Origin: Lachnospiraceae bacterium
GTDB taxonomy: Bacteria > Bacillota > Clostridia > Lachnospirales > Lachnospiraceae
Direction of reading: 5' to 3'
NCBI GenBank assembly: GCA_050875145.1
Contig: JBNMLH010000006.1
Span: 41,592 to 105,591, forward strand
DNA: 64,000 nt
This document shows positions 20,171 to 29,545 of the stretch, in pieces (within the stretch, counting starts at the first letter, position 1; every line of letters begins with the position of its first letter). Made by a program: the position numbers and the translations under genes. The notes under the pieces are model-generated. The model ran no database searches and was not told where the DNA came from. It saw nothing but the letters and a program-made list of their open reading frames with translations.

Positions 20171-21550
20171 ATGAAACGTAAAAATGCTTGGAAAAGTTAT
20201 TCAGAAGCAGAAGAAAAGAAGGTGAATGAATTAGCAAAGGGATATTGTGCTTTTTTGGATAAAGGAAAGACAGAGCGAGAATGTATTAGCGAAATTATCT
20301 CTCAAGCAGAGGCGGCTGGTTATGTTGATTTGGAACAGTATAAGAAAAATGGAAAACAATTACAGCCTGGAGACAAGGTATATGCAGTGTGTATGAAAAA
20401 GACGATAGCATTGTTTCAGATTGGGACAGATGCTATTGAGGACGGAATGAACATTCTAGGAGCGCATATCGATTCTCCAAGATTAGATATAAAACAAAAT
20501 CCTCTTTTTGAAAAAGAAGATTTTGCTTATTTAGACACACATTATTATGGAGGAATTAAGAAATATCAGTGGGTTACATTGCCGTTGGCAATCCATGGTG
20601 TAGTGGTAAAAAAGGATGGTACTGTTATTGATGTTGTAATTGGTGAAAAGGCGACGGATCCTGTTTTTGGGATTACAGATTTGCTGGTACATTTGTCACA
20701 ACAGCAATTAGAGAAAAAAGCAAATAAGGTAATTGAGGGAGAGGATTTAAATATATTAATTGGCAGTCGTCCGGTAGAAGGGGAAGAAAAAGAGGCCGTA
20801 AAATCAAATATTCTTGCTTTGTTAAAAGAAACATATGATTTTGAGGAAGAAGATTTTCTTTCTGCTGAACTTGAAGTGGTTCCGGCGGGAAGGGCTAGAG
20901 AGGCTGGGATTGATCGGAGTATGATTATGGCATATGGACAGGATGATCGTGTTTGTGCCTATACTTCATTGGTTGCTATGCTTGAAAATAAGGCTGCCAA
21001 AAGAACCAGTTGTTGCTTATTGGTGGATAAAGAGGAGATTGGAAGTGTGGGGGCGACCGGTATGCGTTCACATTTCTTTGAAAATACAGTGGCAGAATTG
21101 TTAGAAGCAATGGGATGCTATAGTGAATTAACTCTGCGACGTGCATTGGCAAAGTCAAAAATGTTATCTTCCGATGTAAGTGCAGCATTTGATCCAACCT
21201 ATGCGTCTGCATTTGAAAAGAAGAATGCAGCATACTTTGGAAGAGGAATGGTGTTTAATAAATTTACGGGTTCCAGAGGAAAATCTGGCTCCAATGATGC
21301 GAATGCAGAATATATGGGAGAATTACGTGCTATCATGGATAAACATCAGGTGTTCTTCCAGACTGCGGAGTTAGGAAAAGTAGATTTTGGTGGTGGCGGC
21401 ACGATTGCTTATATTTTATCCTTGTACGGAATGGAAGTAATTGACAGTGGTGTTGCGGTATTAAATATGCATGCACCATGGGAGATTACCAGTAAAGCGG
21501 ATATATACGAGGCCAAAAAGGGTTATATGGCATTTTTAGAAGAGGCATAG
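20171..21550 (+). CDS. M18 family aminopeptidase (aminopeptidase 1-like)
   Basis: ATG 20171 sits about 9 nt after GAGAGGA. Family-like motifs include GAHIDSPRLD, DKEEIGS and NMHAPWE. Confidence 0.8.
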   Translation: MKRKNAWKSYSEAEEKKVNELAKGYCAFLDKGKTERECISEIISQAEAAGYVDLEQYKKNGKQLQPGDKVYAVCMKKTIALFQIGTDAIEDGMNILGAHIDSPRLDIKQNPLFEKEDFAYLDTHYYGGIKKYQWVTLPLAIHGVVVKKDGTVIDVVIGEKATDPVFGITDLLVHLSQQQLEKKANKVIEGEDLNILIGSRPVEGEEKEAVKSNILALLKETYDFEEEDFLSAELEVVPAGRAREAGIDRSMIMAYGQDDRVCAYTSLVAMLENKAAKRTSCCLLVDKEEIGSVGATGMRSHFFENTVAELLEAMGCYSELTLRRALAKSKMLSSDVSAAFDPTYASAFEKKNAAYFGRGMVFNKFTGSRGKSGSNDANAEYMGELRAIMDKHQVFFQTAELGKVDFGGGGTIAYILSLYGMEVIDSGVAVLNMHAPWEITSKADIYEAKKGYMAFLEEA

Positions 21551-21567
21551 TTTAACCATTTAAAAGG

Positions 21568-21597
21568 TTGACTTTGAGTAAATGAATATATTATAAT
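21568..21597 (+). promoter_or_regulatory. Putative sigma-A promoter upstream of yicC-remA-gmk
   Basis: TTGACT (21568-21573), an 18-nt spacer, then TATAAT (21592-21597). Confidence 0.45.
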
Positions 21598-21714
21598 AAG
21601 CTAGAATGTTAGGATTATGTAAATTTTTTGACCAAATATCAGTTACTTTAAGTGGGTGGACTTATGAAAGGACAGCAGATTTGGTTGACCAGATTAGATG
21701 AAAGAGTGTAGAAT

Positions 21715-22593
21715 ATGTTAAAAAGTATGACCGGATTTGGTCGATATGAATTATCAACGGAGGAACGAAGAGTTGTTGTAGAGATAAAGTCTGTGAATCA
21801 CAGATACAGTGATATATCAGTAAAACTGCCAAAAAGGTTGAATTTTTTTGATGCAGCAATCCGAAATATTGTAAAAGAGTATGTAAGTCGCGGTAAAGTA
21901 GATGTGTTTGTGACTTATGAAGATTATTCTCAAAGTAATGTATCCGTAAAATTTAACGAGGATATTGCTGTACAATACTGGAAAAATTTAGAATTATTAT
22001 CTCGGAAGATGCAGATGGAGAATGATGTTACAATTGCTAAATTGTCGCGGTATCCGGAAGTGTTTTCATTAGAAGAGTGTAGTATTGATGAGGATTCCAC
22101 CTGGCATGAGTTAGAAGATGCCGTAAAACAGGCTTGTCAGAAATTTGTAGATAGTCGTATAGCAGAAGGAACGCACTTAAAAGAAGATATTATGACAAAG
22201 ACAGATAGACTGCTGGAGTTGGTCGAGTATATAGAAAAGCGTTCACCTGAAATGTTAAAAGAGCATCGGGCAAAATTAAAAAATAAAGTAGACGAAGTTC
22301 TTGCAGATAAGCAGGTAGATGATGCTGTTTTAGCTACGGAATTGATTGTCTATGCAGATAAGGTTTGTGTAGATGAAGAAACGGTTCGTTTACGAAGTCA
22401 TATTATAAATTTGCAAAAGACCATGGATGTTGGAGAAAACGTAGGTCGTAAGTTAGATTTTATCACACAGGAGATGAATAGAGAGGCGAATACGATACTT
22501 TCCAAAGCAAATGATATTGAAATTTCAAACAAGGCAATTGATTTGAAAACTGAGATTGAAAAAATTAGAGAACAGATCCAGAATATCGAATAA
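21715..22593 (+). CDS. yicC: YicC/YloC family stress-induced endoribonuclease
   Basis: 292 aa. It starts MLKSMTGFGR, has SVNHRY, and ends in the REANTILSKA / REQIQNIE pattern. The yloC-remA-gmk-rpoZ gene order is conserved. Confidence 0.88.
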   Translation: MLKSMTGFGRYELSTEERRVVVEIKSVNHRYSDISVKLPKRLNFFDAAIRNIVKEYVSRGKVDVFVTYEDYSQSNVSVKFNEDIAVQYWKNLELLSRKMQMENDVTIAKLSRYPEVFSLEECSIDEDSTWHELEDAVKQACQKFVDSRIAEGTHLKEDIMTKTDRLLELVEYIEKRSPEMLKEHRAKLKNKVDEVLADKQVDDAVLATELIVYADKVCVDEETVRLRSHIINLQKTMDVGENVGRKLDFITQEMNREANTILSKANDIEISNKAIDLKTEIEKIREQIQNIE

Positions 22594-22607
22594 AGGGGAT
22601 GTGTTGT

Positions 22608-22853
22608 TTGAGCAGATATATTAGTATAGGCTATGGTAATATTGTGAATGCGGACAGGGTAATTTCTGTAATTGCTACAGAGGCTGCACCTATAAAGCGA
22701 ATGATACAAAATGCAAAAGATAATGGAATGGCGGTAGATGCTACCTGCGGTAGAAAAACAAAGGCAGTGCTTGTTATGGACAGTGGGCATTTGTTATTGT
22801 CTGCACTGTTACCGGAAACCATAGCAAAAAAGATGGAGGATAAGACAGTATGA
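22608..22853 (+). CDS. remA: RemA (DUF370) biofilm/extracellular matrix regulator
   Basis: ISIGYGNIVNADRVISVIATEAAPIKRMIQNAKDNGMAVDATCGRKTKAVLVMDSGH closely matches the RemA family. TTG 22608 is better spaced from AAAGGGGA than ATG 22599. Confidence 0.88.
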   Translation: MSRYISIGYGNIVNADRVISVIATEAAPIKRMIQNAKDNGMAVDATCGRKTKAVLVMDSGHLLLSALLPETIAKKMEDKTV

Positions 22854-23494
22854 ACAAAAAAGGTGTATTAACAGTTGTTTCGGGTTTCTCAGGAGCTGGA
22901 AAAGGCACTTTGATGAAAGCAATTGTTGAAAAATATGCGTATGCATTGTCTATATCAGCTACGACCCGTTCTCCAAGAGCTGGTGAGGAGCATGGAAGAG
23001 AATATTATTTTTTAACAAAACAGGAATTTGAATCCATGATAGAAAAAGATCAGTTGATTGAATGGGCAAAGTATGTAGACAATTATTATGGAACACCAAA
23101 AGAATATGTAGAAAAACAATTAGCAGAAGGAAAAAATGTGATTTTGGAAATTGAGATTCAGGGAGCATTAGATGTAAAGAAACGTTTTCCAGATGCGTTG
23201 CTTTTGTTTGTTACTCCGCCATCTGCTGTTGAATTAAAACAACGGCTTATCAATCGTGGTACGGAAGATATGGAAACGATTAATAAACGTATGAAACGTG
23301 CTGCAGAAGAAAGCCAGTATATGAATCAGTATGACTATATCCTGATTAATGATAAGATGGAAGATTGCGTGGAGCAGATGAATGGTATTATAAACCAAGC
23401 GGCTGATTGCTTACAAAGAGGAGAACAGTTTAAGGCAAGAGAAGATTTTACACCTTTGATTGACAAGATGCAGAGTGAATTGAAAACTTTGTAA
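22850..23494 (+). CDS. gmk: Guanylate kinase
   Basis: The P-loop is SGFSGAGKGTL, with TTRSPRAGEEHGREYYF. Its start overlaps the remA stop by 4 nt. Confidence 0.95.
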   Translation: MNKKGVLTVVSGFSGAGKGTLMKAIVEKYAYALSISATTRSPRAGEEHGREYYFLTKQEFESMIEKDQLIEWAKYVDNYYGTPKEYVEKQLAEGKNVILEIEIQGALDVKKRFPDALLLFVTPPSAVELKQRLINRGTEDMETINKRMKRAAEESQYMNQYDYILINDKMEDCVEQMNGIINQAADCLQRGEQFKAREDFTPLIDKMQSELKTL

Positions 23495-23588
23495 ATGACT
23501 GCTATGTGATTTCGTATAAATCGTAAAGAGCAAGTAGCATTTTGTAATTGATTATTATTTTTTGAGAGAATAGAAAGGAGATAAAAAT

Positions 23589-23912
23589 ATGTTACATCCA
23601 TCGTATACAGATTTAATGAAAGTAGTAAACAGTGAGGTAGAGGAAGGCGAAGAGAAGGTAGTAAATAGTAGATATTCTATTGTTCTTGCTACTTCAAAGA
23701 GAGCGAGACAATTAATTGATTCTGCAGAGCCTAAAATTGCAGTTAGAGAAGGCGAAAAACCATTATCTATTGCTATTGATGAATTGAATAATTCTAAGAT
23801 TAAAATTTTAAGTGGTGATGAAGAGACAGAGGTGACAGAGGATCAGGAAGAAGCACCTGAAATGTTAGATGTTTTAGAAGTTGATGAAGACATGGACGAT
23901 TTAGATGAGTAG
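23589..23912 (+). CDS. rpoZ: DNA-directed RNA polymerase subunit omega with an acidic C-terminal extension
   Basis: MLHPSYTDLM...NSRYSIVLATSKRARQL is the canonical omega core. It follows gmk as in Bacillus. The last 33 aa contain 18 Asp/Glu. Confidence 0.9.
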   Translation: MLHPSYTDLMKVVNSEVEEGEEKVVNSRYSIVLATSKRARQLIDSAEPKIAVREGEKPLSIAIDELNNSKIKILSGDEETEVTEDQEEAPEMLDVLEVDEDMDDLDE

Positions 23913-24016
23913 TCATATAAGTCGTGATGAAGAGAAAACTGCTGGTGGATGAAAAAGACTGAAGCTAGCAGTTCTTCGTTTTAATAGAAATATAGCAGTG
24001 TATTTAAATAAAGGGG

Positions 24017-24565
24017 ATGACGAAATTGCGAAGTAGAGGAAAACAAATTTTGCATTCCAGAGTAGCATGGTTTTTGGTGATAGTTTTCCTTGTAGTTGTA
24101 TTAACGCATTATTTTGTATTTGAATGGATACAGGTTTCGGGTTTTTCTATGGAAGATACGCTTGGTAATGGGGATATTATTTGCATAGAAAAAATGAGTT
24201 ATCGTAAAGTAGCTCCGAAAAGAAATGATATTGTGGTTGTTGATACAAAAAATGGAAACCAAAAACAGCAATATATTAAAAGAATAGTAGGATTGCCAGG
24301 TGAAAAAGTAAAAATAAAAAAAGGACATGTATATATTAATGGAAAGCAATTGAAGGAAATAAAGTCCTTTGATGAAATTGAGGATGGCGGAATGGCAAGG
24401 GATACTATTTTTTTAGGAAAAGACGAATATTTTTTGCTTGGAGATAATCGAAATAATAGTAAAGATAGTAGAAATGTTGAGTTAGGAATTGTGAAAAAAC
24501 AGCAAATTCGTGGTAAACTATGTTTTCGTATTATGCCAATCGGACAGGCTGGAAAAGTGAAGTAG
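24017..24565 (+). CDS. lepB: Signal peptidase I
   Basis: TM anchor, catalytic Ser box VSGFSMEDTL, Lys box YIKRIVGLPGE, and GDNRNNSKDSR. TTG 24026 is an alternative start with better RBS spacing. Confidence 0.9.
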   Translation: MTKLRSRGKQILHSRVAWFLVIVFLVVVLTHYFVFEWIQVSGFSMEDTLGNGDIICIEKMSYRKVAPKRNDIVVVDTKNGNQKQQYIKRIVGLPGEKVKIKKGHVYINGKQLKEIKSFDEIEDGGMARDTIFLGKDEYFLLGDNRNNSKDSRNVELGIVKKQQIRGKLCFRIMPIGQAGKVK

Positions 24566-24577
24566 ATAGAAAGGAGT

Positions 24578-25513
24578 ATGATGATGAGCGAGGAAACAAA
24601 GGAAGATAAGATAGAGCAGGAGACACCATCTGTGGATGAAAATACAGATGAAAAACAGGAGACAGAAGCTGTACAAGAAGAAAATAGGAATGAGCAGCTA
24701 GACGAAAAAACAAATAAGAAAACATCCAAACGTATTGCAAGTGCGGCAGCCGAAATACTGTTATATGTAATGATTGCGGTTGTTTGTATTTTTTTAATTC
24801 CTAAATATGTAGTACAAAGAACAGAGGTAAGTGGAGAATCCATGGAGAGAACCTTACAGAATAGAGATAATATTCTGGTAGAAAAGTTATCTTATCGTTT
24901 TGGCAAACCAGAACGTTTTGACATTATTGTTTTTCGACATTATTACAAAGAAGATGCAGATATTGAAGTGTTACAAAAAAAGTGGGATACAGAAAAAATT
25001 GAGAAGAATCTTGATTATGATGAAGTGGAAGACAAATTGGATTTAAAAAAGAAGTCGGAAGTAAAGGCTATGGTAAAGACAGTTGGGGATGTGATGAAAG
25101 AGGAATCTGATGTGGATATTACAAATATAGAACAGGCATTACAATTATCCGAGGATGATACCGTAGCATTGTTAAATGAGATTTATGCAACAGTGGAAGA
25201 GCCTAGTTATGATTTTTATGTAAAAAGAATTATTGGATTGCCAGGTGAGACTGTTCAGATTGTAGACGATACAATTTATATTAATGGTGAGCCATTAGAG
25301 GAGAACTATGGAAAAGATCCAATTAGAAACCCAGGTGTTGCAGCAGAGCCATTTACATTAGATGATGATGAGTATTTTGTATTAGGTGATAATCGCGAGG
25401 TTAGTCAGGATAGTCGTTATGAGGAAGTTGGTAATATAAAGAGAGATAAAATTGTCGGAAAAGCATGGTTGCGTATATATCCAATCAGTAAATTCGGTTT
25501 TTTGAAACATTAA
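24578..25513 (+). CDS. Signal peptidase I paralog with an acidic N-terminal tail and an insertion of about 88 aa
   Basis: It has the Ser box VSGESMERTL, the Lys box YVKRIIGLPGE and GDNREVSQDSR. Residues 1-50 are acidic, and residues ~124-211 (nt ~24947-25210) are inserted relative to the upstream paralog. Confidence 0.85.
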   Translation: MMMSEETKEDKIEQETPSVDENTDEKQETEAVQEENRNEQLDEKTNKKTSKRIASAAAEILLYVMIAVVCIFLIPKYVVQRTEVSGESMERTLQNRDNILVEKLSYRFGKPERFDIIVFRHYYKEDADIEVLQKKWDTEKIEKNLDYDEVEDKLDLKKKSEVKAMVKTVGDVMKEESDVDITNIEQALQLSEDDTVALLNEIYATVEEPSYDFYVKRIIGLPGETVQIVDDTIYINGEPLEENYGKDPIRNPGVAAEPFTLDDDEYFVLGDNREVSQDSRYEEVGNIKRDKIVGKAWLRIYPISKFGFLKH

Positions 25514-25534
25514 GGTTTCGTAGAGGATTTTTAA

Positions 25535-25567
25535 GGTAAGAAATGAAAACGTTTCTTGCCTTTTTTT
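25535..25567 (+). terminator. Rho-independent terminator after the signal peptidase pair
   Basis: Stem GGTAAGAAA / TTTCTTGCC is followed by T7. Confidence 0.75.
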
Positions 25568-25612
25568 CAACAAATGTTTATCTTAAATAGTAGAGTATTG
25601 GAGTTGGTTTAC

Positions 25613-27490
25613 ATGAAGAAAAAAAGATGTTCTGTTTTTGTGCTTATTTTGTGTCTTAGTTTTTTTATGATAGGCATAAATGCAACTGCACAAATGCAGA
25701 TTAAGGCGACTGGCATTCAGGAAAGTAATCAAGAGAATGAACAGAATGGCGGAGTACAATCCTTTGCGGGAGAAGAGTTGGTTGAAAAGGAAGACAGTGA
25801 GAAAGCTGCAAATTTCGATTATGCTGCCTATAGTACAAAGTCATATACAAAAAATCTATATTCTGGTCATTATGGCTATAAACAGCTTTCATTAAGTGAA
25901 CAAAAAACGGTGTATTTATTATTGGAGGAGGCTGCAAATAATTTTCAAAATTCCTCAGTAGATGCAATTACAAATACCAATGAAAAAGGGGAAAAAAGTT
26001 ATTATGCAGTTTCTGTACCAGTAAATGGGATTATCAGTGCTTCGACAGTAGGAGAGGCGGTTGTATGCTTTTTATATGATCATCCGGAATATTTTTGGTC
26101 TAAGGGATATTCTTACTATGTGCGAACGGAAGATAAAATGGTTACAAAAGTACAGTTGCAGTGTCAGGAAGAATATTGTAATGGAAAAATCAGAAAGCAG
26201 ATATGGGATAAAATGCAGGAAGAAATCTCAGGTTATATGCAAATGATTTCTGGTATACGAACAGATTATGAAAAAGAATTGCTTATACATGATGCTTTGG
26301 CTGATAAAATTACATATGCTTATATTTCTGGGACAAAATCACCGGAGACGGCTCGATGGGCACATACAATAGAAGGTGTTTTTTCAAGCGAGCACTATAG
26401 TGTGGTTTGTGAAGGATATGCAAAAGCATTTCAATTATTATTAAATGCAGCAGGAATTGAAAATGTATATGTTGTTGGAAAGGCTGGGGGAACTGGACAT
26501 GCATGGAATCAGGTAAAAATTGAGGGGGAATGGTATAATGTTGACCTGACATGGAATGACACTGGAGATAAAAAAAGCCACAAGTATTTTAATCTTCCAG
26601 ATACATCTTTTACAACCAGTCATAAGGCATATACTTCCACAGGCTCACCTACAGTGGGAGAATGGTGCTATAGTACAAACGTCTGTACCGCAACGGATTA
26701 TTCTTATACGAACAAAGGAGATTATAAAAAAGGAACTACTCATATCCTTTCCATAGAAAAAACAGAGGATGCAGATGTAAAGGTATATAATCAGGGAATT
26801 GAGGTAGCCAGCGGTGCAGCGGTAGATGAAAATACTATCTTAGAAGTGGTTGTTATGCCGTATAATACGCAGGACATCTTGCAAATTAACGTAAATGGAC
26901 AAAATTGGGAAGAAAATTATGAAGGAGTAGTGAGCTCATCAGGTATTTCATATGAATTTCCAATGGTGATGGATCATAAAATTTCAGTTAATATAAGGGT
27001 TCCTGCTCAAAAAATTAAACTTAGTAAAACGAGTTTGGTCATTGACGGGTATGGGGTGAAAAAAAGTTTGACAGCTCAAATCTTACCAAAAGCTACAGAG
27101 GAAAAAATTGTGTGGAGCTGTTCTAATACAAAAGTTGTTACGATAAAAAATGGTATGATTCAATCTGTTTCAAAGGGGTCTGCGATTATTACGGCAAGTG
27201 CAGAAAATGGAAAAGTCTATGCTCGTTGTAAAGTAACAGTAAAAGCACCGTCTATAAAAATTACGACTTCAAGATCGAAATTAAAAGTTGGAAAAACAGT
27301 ACAGTTTAAAGCTTCTTTAAAAGGGATAAACAAAAAAGTAAGATGGTCTGTATCAAATAAACGAAAAGCAACGATTGGAAGTAGCAATGGAAAACTAAAG
27401 GCGAAAAAAGCAGGGACCGTATGGATATATGCGAAAGCGGGAAACTATATGGCGAAAAAGAAAGTAAAGATTCTGCCAAAACGCTTGTAG
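25613..27490 (+). CDS. Secreted transglutaminase-like cysteine protease-fold protein with two Big_2 domains
   Basis: ATG 25613 gives a signal peptide (MKKKRCSVFVLILCLSFFMIG). The core Cys-His-Asp pattern is VCEGYAKAF ... GHAWNQV ... NVDLTWND. The two C-terminal Ig-like repeats carry W(S)CSN / WSVSN motifs. Confidence 0.75.
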   Translation: MKKKRCSVFVLILCLSFFMIGINATAQMQIKATGIQESNQENEQNGGVQSFAGEELVEKEDSEKAANFDYAAYSTKSYTKNLYSGHYGYKQLSLSEQKTVYLLLEEAANNFQNSSVDAITNTNEKGEKSYYAVSVPVNGIISASTVGEAVVCFLYDHPEYFWSKGYSYYVRTEDKMVTKVQLQCQEEYCNGKIRKQIWDKMQEEISGYMQMISGIRTDYEKELLIHDALADKITYAYISGTKSPETARWAHTIEGVFSSEHYSVVCEGYAKAFQLLLNAAGIENVYVVGKAGGTGHAWNQVKIEGEWYNVDLTWNDTGDKKSHKYFNLPDTSFTTSHKAYTSTGSPTVGEWCYSTNVCTATDYSYTNKGDYKKGTTHILSIEKTEDADVKVYNQGIEVASGAAVDENTILEVVVMPYNTQDILQINVNGQNWEENYEGVVSSSGISYEFPMVMDHKISVNIRVPAQKIKLSKTSLVIDGYGVKKSLTAQILPKATEEKIVWSCSNTKVVTIKNGMIQSVSKGSAIITASAENGKVYARCKVTVKAPSIKITTSRSKLKVGKTVQFKASLKGINKKVRWSVSNKRKATIGSSNGKLKAKKAGTVWIYAKAGNYMAKKKVKILPKRL

Positions 27491-27527
27491 AACAAAATAT
27501 AAAAATTAAATAAAAGAGGACAAAAAA

Positions 27528-28004
27528 ATGTTAAAGAAATTACGTGTATTTGCTTTTATACCGATGCTTTTAATGATGCTTGTGATATGGGGTTTTTCAG
27601 CAAATAGTGGAGAAACTTCATCTACACAAAGTATGGGAATTGTAATGAGAGTAGTAAATTTTGTAGATAGAATGACAGGAGAAAAGATGACATCAGAAGA
27701 AAAATTGGTGTGGGAAAATAGAATTCACACACCAATTCGTAAGTTAGCACATATGACAGAATATATGATATTTGCCTGTACAGTTTCATTTCCATTTCTT
27801 TTGTATGACAAAAAGAAGAAGTGGATTACAAGGGTTACCTTTTTTGGTTGCACCTGTTATGCTGCGATGGATGAAATACATCAATTGTTCGTTCCAAACC
27901 GTTCTGGTCAGTTCAAGGATGTCTGTATAGATGCTGTTGGCATTTTGATAGGAATTGTCATTTTTCGCTTGTTTTATGGTGCTACCCATTCTTCAGAGAT
28001 TTGA
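27528..28004 (+). CDS. VanZ family membrane protein
   Basis: 158 aa and multi-TM. The conserved segment is RKLAHMTEYMIF ... DEIHQLFVPNRSGQFKDVCIDAVG. Confidence 0.8.
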   Translation: MLKKLRVFAFIPMLLMMLVIWGFSANSGETSSTQSMGIVMRVVNFVDRMTGEKMTSEEKLVWENRIHTPIRKLAHMTEYMIFACTVSFPFLLYDKKKKWITRVTFFGCTCYAAMDEIHQLFVPNRSGQFKDVCIDAVGILIGIVIFRLFYGATHSSEI

Positions 28005-28798
28005 TTCCACTTCCAGTTATTGTTGTCTTCTTCATAAGAGGTAACCGTTAAATATTGTGAAGTACTAATCATTTTTAAGGCATCATATGCTGTTTTTAAA
28101 GAAATTGTTTTTCGGTTTCGCTTTGGATCTCCAGAATCTGACAAAAATACAGTGTCATTATCGCTGTTATAATTCCAGATGGTAACATAGTGACCAGGCG
28201 TATTTTTCCAAAAACTGTCATCGTATTGGCTCGATACAAGAAGGATAGTTGCACAGCTGTGTTTGATATCATTTTGGAAGTCACTATAATCAAGTGTTTT
28301 CGTGTGTAAGGATGTTGTAAAACCACAATAATTGAGAGTTTCTTCTAATCCGTCCCAGTCAATAGCGCCGATGCCCGGGGATGGATTATAGGAAGAAACT
28401 TTTTTTGCATATTTATAAATATCAACAGGGGAGCATTTATAGCCGCTTAATGTAGAATAAATATTTGCCATACAGCAAAAACCGCAACCAAAGCTTCCAA
28501 AGATATTACCATCCAGTATAAGATTGCACCAGGAACCAGACCAGTTTTTCTTTTTCTTCCATGCCTTAGGACCTTGGGAAAAAGAATAGATACAATCTGT
28601 TTTTTCTGTTTGAAAAACAGTTGGAGTTGGAATATTGGTTGGTGTAATTGTATAAATTGCAGTTGTTTCGTGCAGGAGAAATGCATCAGTAGAATCGGAC
28701 TGCATTTTTTTAGAATGTAGATACAAATATAGAGAGGTACTAAATATAGTTATAATACAGCAAATAAATATGAAAACTCTTATGTACTTTTTATTCAT
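27974..28798 (-). CDS. Secreted papain-fold (C39-like) cysteine peptidase-like protein
   Basis: ATG 28798 follows GGAGAA, and the track start 28843 lacks an RBS. It has an N-terminal TM/signal anchor. The candidate catalytic Cys is in GSFGCGFCCMANIY and the candidate His in PGHYVTIWNY. The family assignment is tentative. Confidence 0.45.
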   Translation of the reverse strand: MNKKYIRVFIFICCIITIFSTSLYLYLHSKKMQSDSTDAFLLHETTAIYTITPTNIPTPTVFQTEKTDCIYSFSQGPKAWKKKKNWSGSWCNLILDGNIFGSFGCGFCCMANIYSTLSGYKCSPVDIYKYAKKVSSYNPSPGIGAIDWDGLEETLNYCGFTTSLHTKTLDYSDFQNDIKHSCATILLVSSQYDDSFWKNTPGHYVTIWNYNSDNDTVFLSDSGDPKRNRKTISLKTAYDALKMISTSQYLTVTSYEEDNNNWKWNQISEEWVAP

Positions 28799-29024
28799 GC
28801 GGTTCTCCTTTCTGGTTAATAAACATTGAGAATACAATGGCAAAGTCTTTATTATTATAACAGAATAGAATATCCTTGTCTAATTTTCATAAAGGTTAGT
28901 ATTTCTCGGGAATAATGCTTGCATAATTGCTAGTTCTGTGCTATTAGTAAGTAATGGAATAATTTTAAAGAGTAGTTAAAAATTTACATATAGAAAGGTA
29001 ATTTGAAAATCAGGTGAAAGAAAT

Positions 29025-29528
29025 ATGTATGATAAATTAACCAAAAGTGATATAAAAAAGATGGAAGAAGAAATTGAACATAGAAAATTGGTTGTTCGTA
29101 AAGAGGCTTTGGAGGCTGTAAAAGAAGCAAGAGCACAGGGCGATTTGAGTGAAAATTTTGAGTACCATGCAGCTAAAAAGGATAAAAATAAAAATGAAAG
29201 CCGCATACGCTATTTGGAAAAAATGATTAAAACAGCACAGATTATTGATGATGAATCCTGTGAGGATGAAGTGGGAATGAATAATACGGTTGTTTTATAT
29301 TTTGAAGAGGATGATGAGTGCGAAACATATCGCATTGTTACTACAATTCGCGGAAATTCTTTAAAGGGAATGATTAGTATTGATTCGCCATTAGGAAAAG
29401 CAATTTTAGGACATAAAGTTGGCGATCGGGTACGGATAGATGTAAATGCAAATTATAGTTATTATGTAGAGATTAGAGAAATTATTAATACAACAGATGA
29501 TTCAGAGGATACGATTCGTAAGTTTTAG
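29025..29528 (+). CDS. greA: Transcription elongation factor GreA
   Basis: The N-terminal coiled coil carries GDLSENFEYHAAK, and the C-terminal domain has SIDSPLGKAILGHKVGD. Confidence 0.92.
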   Translation: MYDKLTKSDIKKMEEEIEHRKLVVRKEALEAVKEARAQGDLSENFEYHAAKKDKNKNESRIRYLEKMIKTAQIIDDESCEDEVGMNNTVVLYFEEDDECETYRIVTTIRGNSLKGMISIDSPLGKAILGHKVGDRVRIDVNANYSYYVEIREIINTTDDSEDTIRKF

Positions 29529-29545
29529 CGAGGAGGCTATTGTAC

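Noticed and set aside
24199-24843. A 214-aa ORF on the minus strand spanning both signal peptidase genes.
   Set aside because: It is fully antisense to two well-supported lepB genes. The sequence is low-complexity and Ser/Phe/Leu-rich, and I saw no RBS. This is a typical shadow ORF opposite AT-rich, Lys/Glu-rich coding sequence.
25556-25612. N-terminal extensions suggested by the ORF track at 25556, 14228, 11971, 30768, 38277, 48589, 57604, 28843(-) and 54064.
   Set aside because: In each case the extension overlaps a terminator hairpin or the upstream gene and lacks an RBS. An internal start with a good Shine-Dalgarno gives the family-typical N-terminus or signal peptide.
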